Shown here one piece after another: positions 52,101 through 61,100 of a stretch of DNA of 64,000 bases. The notes beneath the pieces are model-generated. The model was given only the letters and a program-made list of their open reading frames with translations. It made no database searches and was not told where the DNA came from. The translations under genes were made by a program, and so were the position numbers. Source of the DNA: Ostrea edulis (taxonomy: Eukaryota); the NCBI RefSeq assembly GCF_947568905.1, contig NC_079164.1, positions 95,604,001 through 95,668,000 of the forward strand, in the 5' to 3' direction. Numbering within the stretch: the stretch's first letter is position 1; each line of letters opens with the position of its first letter.

Positions 52101-55100
52101 CTTGGGAACTCTCCACATCTACAATGTAAGTATGTAGTACTAAAGTTCATGCATCATTGTTACAGTAAACATAGGTAGAGGGTAAACTTGGGAACTCTCC
52201 ACATCTACAATGTAAGTATGTAGCACTAAGTTCATACGTCATTGTTACAGTAAACATAGGTAGAGGGTAAACTTGGGAACTCTCCACATCTACAATATAA
52301 GTATGTAGTACTAAGTTCATATATCATTGTTACAGTAAACATAGGTAGAGGGTAAACTTGGGAACTCTCCACATCTACAATATAAGTATGTAGTACTAAG
52401 TTCATACATCATTGTTACAGTAAACAGTTTTATAAGAGGTTGAAAAAAATCAAACATTCAAAAGCAATGCCTTGATAATACAATTTTTTCACAAAAAATG
52501 TTTTGAGAGACACAAGTGCAGCTGCATACACAAGAAAAAACTGTCAAAGCAAGTGTTAAGCATGTATTGCATAGCAACACATATGCCCCACCAGTCTCCA
52601 GTCTATGGGGCATGACAAAACTAAAACTTGATTAAAATTATGTGGAACTCCCATAATAAGAAAATACTGATAACTAAATAGAGAATCAAAAAGGTAGGTC
52701 AGTCAACCATGAAAAAAATTCTTACAAACTTTGTTAGAATAAGTCAACCTTAACAAACATGAAACTCGTTTGTATCGACTTATTAGATAACCCAAAATTA
52801 AATTTCAATTTCCTAAGTTATTATAATATCTATAACAACTTTAAAATTAGATAACCCAATATAACACTTCACTTCTTGAAGTTGAAGAATTTTGGACTAA
52901 TTAAATAAAGTCTCAAAAACTAAATTTAGCACAAAATCCCATACTTCTCATAAAAATCTGTCAACTGCATGATGTAACTTGATTTGTAAACACACAATAG
53001 CAAATATATACCAATTTCAGTTTTCTAAACGAAAGCATGGTGAGAACAAATAAAGACCAATGGACAGATGAACGGAAACTAATAATACCGTTCTGTAATC
53101 TAAAGTAGGGTCTTAACAACATAGATATCAAATATAAAACCAGACTTGTTTACTGACATATTTGACAGAAAATACATAGTTTTGATTTACAAACAAGAGC
53201 AAAATTTTCCCCAGTATTCAGTACTATAATATTCACCTCTTGGTGCACTTGTACTTTCCAGCGTTGGCTTCTATACATTCACACTTGTATTGGCATCCAT
53301 CATCCCACTTCTGTCCCTGGGTGTACTGCACACCTTTGTACACACAGACGGGGACTGGGTTGGGTACAGGGGTCTGGCCCGGTCTAGGGGTAGGGGTTAC
53401 ACCTGTCAAGTACATTACATTTGAGTTGGGGAGCTATAAAGGGGGGGGGGGTTGCTTATCAGAAAAGTTTTAATGTTTTATCTACAACCCTGGGGAAGAA
53501 TCAAAGACCTGTTAAAAATCAAAATTATACAAACACTCATTTATGATCTACATAAAATCTTGTTTTTCTACGAGCAAGAATTTTGTACAACATCCGTATG
53601 TCTTTTATATATCTCCGTATCCCATGCAGCGCCTTGTAATTTCCCTTTCAACACTCCAGTTAAATACAAGCATGCATGCCCCTAGAGATCTCCTATCTGA
53701 CATTCTCAGACATGAACAACAAATATGTGCGTATTAATCGCTCACTGACCGACTCCGATGATGGATCCTGTGACCACTGGAACCTGGGGTGGAGTGGGGT
53801 TGGGATTCAGCGTGGGGTTCTGACCAGGAAGTGGTGCTTTTGTGGTTCCTGGCTGTGGAGTACAGACAGGGATTCTGCAACAGCTATCACTGGGGTCTGT
53901 TGTCATGGTGCATCCAGTAGGAACTTGATCGTATCGGGCACATCTGTGAATACATTATACGTCTTACAATGTAAAATTTTCTCCTTTCCTATATATCACA
54001 GATGTATAACTGAAATTTTTAGATTTCTTAAAAAAGAACAACAACACTTCTCCCTATAAAGTAATTATCTCATTAGTTCAAGTCTTTTGAATTACTGGCA
54101 TGACACTGGTGATCTAAGGCGGTGATGACTAATTTAGAGGTTCACTGATTACACATCTTTGGGGTATAACAAGACATTCAAAATCCTGTGGCAGATGGCA
54201 AATTTGGTGTTATAATTGGTTATCTATATATAATGAAAATTGTGATGAATCAAGTCATGGTAAATTGATGAATAACTGTAATCAATGAATATGTAGCCTA
54301 TTAAGTCTATTGAGGTAAATTTGGTGGACTGAATCTGTTAGAATTGTGGATGTCATAAATCTTGCTTTTAAGAACAGTTGCCCCCAACATCTACTCATCA
54401 AAGTCTATGTGACAGGATTAAGTATACATGTGCTTGTAGATTCTTCTAAATTTACCTTTCATTACATCTGTAGAAACCAGTCTTTCCATTTTCACATACA
54501 CAGTTCAAGGAACACCCATCTTGCCAAGTTTCTCCTTGTTTGAATTGAACTCCATTATACACACACACCTCTGTAAAATATCAAATTTTAGGTGTGAAAG
54601 TATTCTGGATTTTGATCATGAATGTCATAGATAAAAGATGGAATAGTAAGGTAACATTATAAAAATGACCACCAAGTTTTAGACTACTGAAAAATGACAA
54701 CAAACACACATACCTGGAGGAGTGGGAGTTGGGAACAATGTAGGACCAGTGGGATTAAGGGGATTAGGGGACAGTGTGGTTCCCATGTTGGGAGCTGGAG
54801 TAACAGTGACCTGGATATTCACTCCCTGGAAGTTACAGTACGGCTTCTTACAACAGGGTTTGTTAACATCTGTGATCAGCTGGCATTGCTTAGGAAGTCC
54901 ATTGTATTTAGGACAGCTGAAAATTTCAGTATCAAATAATTGTTAACATTTCAGTGAGTCATTTTCTGTCAGCATAAAAGATGTTGATTAGATAGGTGTT
55001 CAAAACCTTCATTACTATTGAGAATTCTTTGATAAAATATTGTATGGTCAGTATATACAACATCCACTAGACTTGTAGTGGGGGCTATATTTTTAATCCT

Positions 55101-58100
55101 GCACAAAAGTTTGTAACATACATCTCAGTACATCTATAGTATCCAGTCTGGGCGTTTGTGCATTCACAGTTGAAGTCACAACCATCCTGCCATCTCTGAC
55201 CCTGGGTGTACTGGCTTCCCTTGTAGATACAGACAGCTAAAGGTAAAAATACAACAGATTTAGTCGTCTAAACTAATTCTATGTAGACACAGACAGCTAA
55301 AGGTAAAAATACAACATATTTAGTCGTCTAAACTAATTCTACATTGTACATAATTCCACTGTAAATTATTGAACAATTTCATATACGGTAAATCTGACTG
55401 GAACGAAAGTTTTTCATAAATAAGATCGCAGCAATCACTGTATTTCAGATTAAAAAGAGAAACTTAGAATGTCAGAGCCCAGTTATATCAACTAAATGCT
55501 CTTCTAGTTGATATTCATCTACCAGTTAACACTACACACATGAATATGTACATACAGTAGAACAATGGTCTAACTGAGCCCTAGTTGTCAACTTACGGAC
55601 AGGTGCTGGTGTGGATCCAGGAGTTGGTGACCCAGGAGAGGGATTAAGTCCAGGAGCCAGGGTTGGCTGAGGAGTAGGGGCCTGCATCAGAAAATTAAAA
55701 TAATCAGAACTGCAGGATATAGTCAACCAGGTCCAATCACAGTCAGTGTAAGTCAGCATGGTCCAATCACAGTCAGTCCCGTCCAATCAGTCAGTGTAAG
55801 TCAGCATGGTCTAATCACAGTCAGTGTAAGTCAGTCCCATCCAATCACAGTCAGTGTAAGTCAGCATGGCCCAATCACAGTCAGTGTAAGTCAGCATGGT
55901 CCAATCACAGTGTAAGTCAGCATGGTCCAATCACAGTCAGTGTAAGTCAGCACGGTCCAGTCAGTGCAAGTCAGCCCCCAATTACAGTAAGTGTATTGTT
56001 GTTGTTGTTTTACTGTTTTTTGCCACACTCAACAATTTTTCAGTTATATGGTGGTGCCCAGATTTTATTGGTGGAAGAGAGATCCCAGATACAATGAACC
56101 TGGGAAGAGATCACTGACCTTCCGAAAGTAAAGAGGGAAACTTTCTCACTTATGGGCACAAGCAGGATTTGAACCTGCGCCGAGCAGAGGTGAGAGGTCG
56201 TGTGATTTTGAGCACGATGCTCTAACCACTCAGCTACGGAGGCCCCCAGTCAGTGTAAGTCAGCCCCATCCAATAATTTTTCAAAGTACAACACACACTG
56301 GTATATGTAGCACAAAATGTATAAGCTACCACATATCCAGTCTATTTTTGTTGAACGTCTTTAATCACCTTTGTGACGGAGCCCCCAGTGATAACTCCCG
56401 GTGGAGGGGTGGGGATGTCGATGAAGCCTGTCTGGTTACTGTACTTGGGTGGAATCTGGCACTGGGGTACCTTACAGCAGAGTGGATCCTTAGAGTCTGC
56501 AACAAGGCTACAGCCCTGGGTCAATTTGGGGTATTCAGTGCATCTGTGAATATAAAACACAATCCTCAAGTATCCTATCCCACACTTTTGTTTGTGTTCC
56601 AATCTTCCTTGAATTTAAATTTTTGTATAGGAGAACTTTTAATTCTTAAGATCTAGTGTAAAAACACTATCAGATGAATTAGATCACTCGACAGTGCATT
56701 ACTGATTTGCTATTACTGAGGATATCAATACTAAACATTAAAGTGGTTTATCACCTTCTACTGCATCTGTAAATGCCCTGCATAGCATTTTCACATGTAC
56801 ATGTGTAGTCACAGCCATCATACCACTGCTGGCCTTGGGTGTAACTCTTTCCCTTGTAGACGCACACAGCTATAACAGTAAAACACACCTTTCACAAGTG
56901 TCATTCATAATTATCAAAGCAAATAGTATTGAGCATGCATTGATACTGTACAAAATGCTCATCATATGGAAAATTTTAACATGAATCCAAGGCTGGAAAA
57001 AACATATTTATCATATCAATGTACTAGAGATTCCTCCATTAACTAATACATGCCTTTTCAAAAATATATGTAGCATTTTTTTTATGTGACTTTGTGTACA
57101 TGATACAATTTAAAAAATCTGTGTCCTCATTTATTCTAGTTTACATTTCTGTAACACATGTACATGTTAGAAGAAAAATGCGAAACTCTTTGCTTTCATG
57201 AAGAGCTTTGTGTGAAATTGTTTGCAAAGGATTTCTCCCTTAATTTCACCCTCAGCTCATGAATACAAACATGGACAATCTCATTCACTGTAGTACAAAC
57301 CTTTAGGCAGGGCTGGAGTTGGGAATGGGTTGGGATTTGGCTGTCCTGAGGGTTGAGGAGTAGGAGCATTGGTAGACCCTGGGAGTGGAGCCTTGGTGGT
57401 TGGGGCATTAGTGAATTCACCAACACCTGGATTGAAGCGACACTCTGGTTTCTGGCAACAAGGGTTGGCTGGGTCCTTAGTGAGGTAACACTCACGGGGT
57501 AACTGGCCGTATTTTGGACATCTGTGCAAGAAAAAAACATGTGTTTATGAAAAAAATCGGTTACTCTGATCAAGTATTTTTATTTTGTTTTATCATTACT
57601 GTTATTATCATTTACTAATCTACTTTCACTTTCATATGAAGATGTTACAATGTTTGTTTTTACATGATGGTCAATCCATGCAGAATCTTCAGTCATATAG
57701 ATATGTATGGGTAAATGTATATGTACTTACAGCTGTTTTGGCATTGAAAATGTGGGTGTTTTTTTTCGATATGCAAGTGACCACCAGCATTCACTTCATA
57801 AATATCATTTTGTTTGAATATATCATAGGATTAAACATTCTTTATGAAGAATTTATCAATGTGTAATCTCTGAACATTTTACTCAAGAAATGAATAAAAG
57901 TGCAAAGCACACTTATGTAATGTTTGTGAGTAAAATGTCCGAAGTTTAGACATCGATAAATTCTTTTTAAAAAAATTGATTCTTACAATTTAAAATTGTT
58001 CTCTGTATTATCAGTTTTGAAAATTTGAATAGTTTCTCCGCACTATGTTATTTGTTTTCAGGCGTGTATGAATACAAAGCATTTTGGGATTTGGATTTAT

Positions 58101-58143
58101 TGATGTGTAAATTCTCGTTTAACTTTACTTTTGTCCAATCAAA

Positions 58144-58193
<50 letters not shown>

Positions 58194-61100
58194 GACACTG
58201 GAGAAGCATATATCAGTGGCATGGTTGAGGACAAACAATATTGATTCCTTATAAATGTAATTCATTATTTCAATAATTTCATATTAACCTATTCTTAAAC
58301 TACAGGGAATGAAAATCACTTCGCTGTAAGCATGAACTCATTTTAACTGGGTTTGTTGTAATGTGACATTTTCTTGTATACAGTAAAACATGGTTACAGT
58401 GAACAAATTTAAAAAATTTGTTTTCCAATATTTTTGCCAATATATTATGCATACCCAAAATACTATGTATACATACCCAAAATACTATGATAAGATAAGA
58501 TAAGTTTATTCCAATATTGGGCCCAGAGGGAATAACAGTAAGACAGTTTATAAAGAAGGAAATTCAAAAGAGAAAGAAAGTTTACAACATTAACTACAGG
58601 TTACATAGACTGAAAACTGCATGTGGATGCAGCATGTTGGGGAAACAAGTACATACATATATGAATTGCTAACCATGTATATACACAAGTAAATGGACAG
58701 TATCAGTATTATACCAACATATGAATAATAAACTATAATGGTTTTTGCAGTTTTAAAGCATCACTTCTTTTTCTGAAAGTTTGCACTAAATATTCACTCA
58801 ATTTGACAATTACTGGTTTGTCTTCATTAATCATCAACCAAGTAAATTTGTCCTTATTTATTAAATAGATGAAATTTTTGTTGAGCTTGTATATACCATT
58901 AAAAAACATATTTCTCTCTTCAACATAGAATGGACAATCAGTAAGGAAATGAAATTCATCTTCTACACAATTAAGGTTACATAATTCACACTATATATAC
59001 TATGTATATAACAGAAAAATTTCCTGCAAGTAAGATTATCAAATTTCAACCAAATGACTATAACTAAACATAACTTAGGTTTTCTAATTTGAACATCTGA
59101 TTGCATTTTAAATCAAAAATCCTGGAATACTCACTTTTCTGTGCACTCGTAATGTCCAGTCTTCCCATCTGTGCACACACATGTGTAGTCGCAGCCATCA
59201 TCCCATTTTGCTCCTGTGGCATACTGAAGGCCTTTGTACACACAGAAGTCTAAAAACAAAACAAAACAGAAAGCACTGATCAAAGCATCTCTCTGTATCA
59301 AAAGAAATTACATCAAAGCATCTCTCTATATCAACAGAATTACATCAAAGCATATCTCTGTATCCACAGAAATTACATCAAAGCATATCTCTGTATCCAC
59401 AGAAATTACATCAAAGCATATCTCTGTATCCACAGAAATTACATCAAAGCATCTCTCAGAATTATAAGTAAGATTACAACATTTTTTAAACCTGCTGGTG
59501 ATGCTAGTTTGAATAAACTAATCATATGATTGGACATTAATCCTGAAAGTGTTTTATCACTATTCAATCATGGAATTTGGCCATCCACTTGTCCAAAGGG
59601 ACAGTAAAAGCTCTCAATATGGCCAATAAAAATTTCAGCCGATAGCCCACGTAACCCTTGAATAAAAACAATTATTTCTAGTCCCGGAGAAAACAATTTC
59701 TTACTGAGGGGTTTAGGAGCTAATGTGGTCTGTCCTGGAGCTTGTGGCATTGGAGTCGGGGTGTTAGCATTTCCTGAAATGACACCAGGTGGAGCAAAAG
59801 TGGGAATCATGCCTGGGGATAAAGTTCCTGTGATGTTAGAAAGTAGGGATGGAATGTCACATCGGGGTTCCTGGCAGCACGCGTCCGTGGTAGAGGTTAC
59901 CATACGGCAACCCTTAGGGAGAGCCTGCGTGTACTTCGGACATCTAAATATAAAACAGCAAACCTCTTCAAAAAGGAAACTTGTTTGAGGGCTACCATCG
60001 TTGCAAACCACGCCTATTGTCTCTGTAGGCACTCCAGGACTCGGTAAGCGTGGCTGGCAACGATGGAAGGCTACTGATATTTATAATGCATTATTGGCTG
60101 GATATTAAGGCCTGCTGTAATCACATTACATATCTAAATTGACTTCACAATGATGGCCCATTATACAGTTCAACTCAATATGCCTCTAGTCTGAAAATTC
60201 AAGATTTTCCATTTTCCTGATGTAATAATTTTTATATCAGTTTAATTACCTGTCATTGCAGGTGTACAGTCCCTCGGAGGCCCTGTCACAAAGACATTTT
60301 TTGTCACATCCGTCGTCCCATGACTGCCCCTGGTAGTATTTCACGCCTTTGTACAAACAGTAGTCTGAAACAGCCAAGATTTTCTTGTCTTAACTCATGA
60401 TAAAACATGTAACTACTATCATAGAGCGAGTGTAAAACTACTCAATCATGTAGTTAGAAATATACTAGAAAATTGGCTGGCTGTAGATTAGGAGAAATAG
60501 TCAAAGGTGTTTAAAAGTTAATGACAGACAGGAACAAATAGCTATATACATCACATGAGTGATTTAGGTGACCTAAACCTCTGTGATTGATGCTACTCCA
60601 ACACTAAAAAGCTGTGACTGATGTTAATCTAGTACTAAAAAGCTGTGACTGATGTTAATATAGGACTATAAAGCTGTGACTGATGCTAATCTAGTACTAA
60701 TAGATTGAGTTAAGCCATATTTTCCTTTCTTTTAAAAACAATCTATACTGTAGTACTTTGCACACATTTATATGCACATGCAACATAAGAATAAGACTGA
60801 ATTCCAACTAACTCAAAACAGGAACACCAATGCCTGGTGTTGGGTTGGGATTGAGAGGGTTGGGAGAGGGGGTCGGTTGTCCTGGCAAAGAGGGAGCCAA
60901 AGTGATTTGTCCTGTAATGGATCCTAGGTTTCCTTGAAATCCGCAGTCTGGCACCTTGCAGCAGGGATTTCTGAAGTCGGAGATCAGCTTGCACTGAGCA
61001 GGTAAGCTGCTATAGCGTGGACACCTGAAACGTAAGCATCACATTAACACCTGCATTAATGGCCTTATGATCTACCTGACATTTTATTTTATTTCCCTTA

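Noticed and set aside
56170-56246. tRNA-like sequence with A and B boxes (also 45993-46048)
   Set aside because: No complete cloverleaf; one is the head of a SINE with tail and TSD, the other lies inside a MITE.
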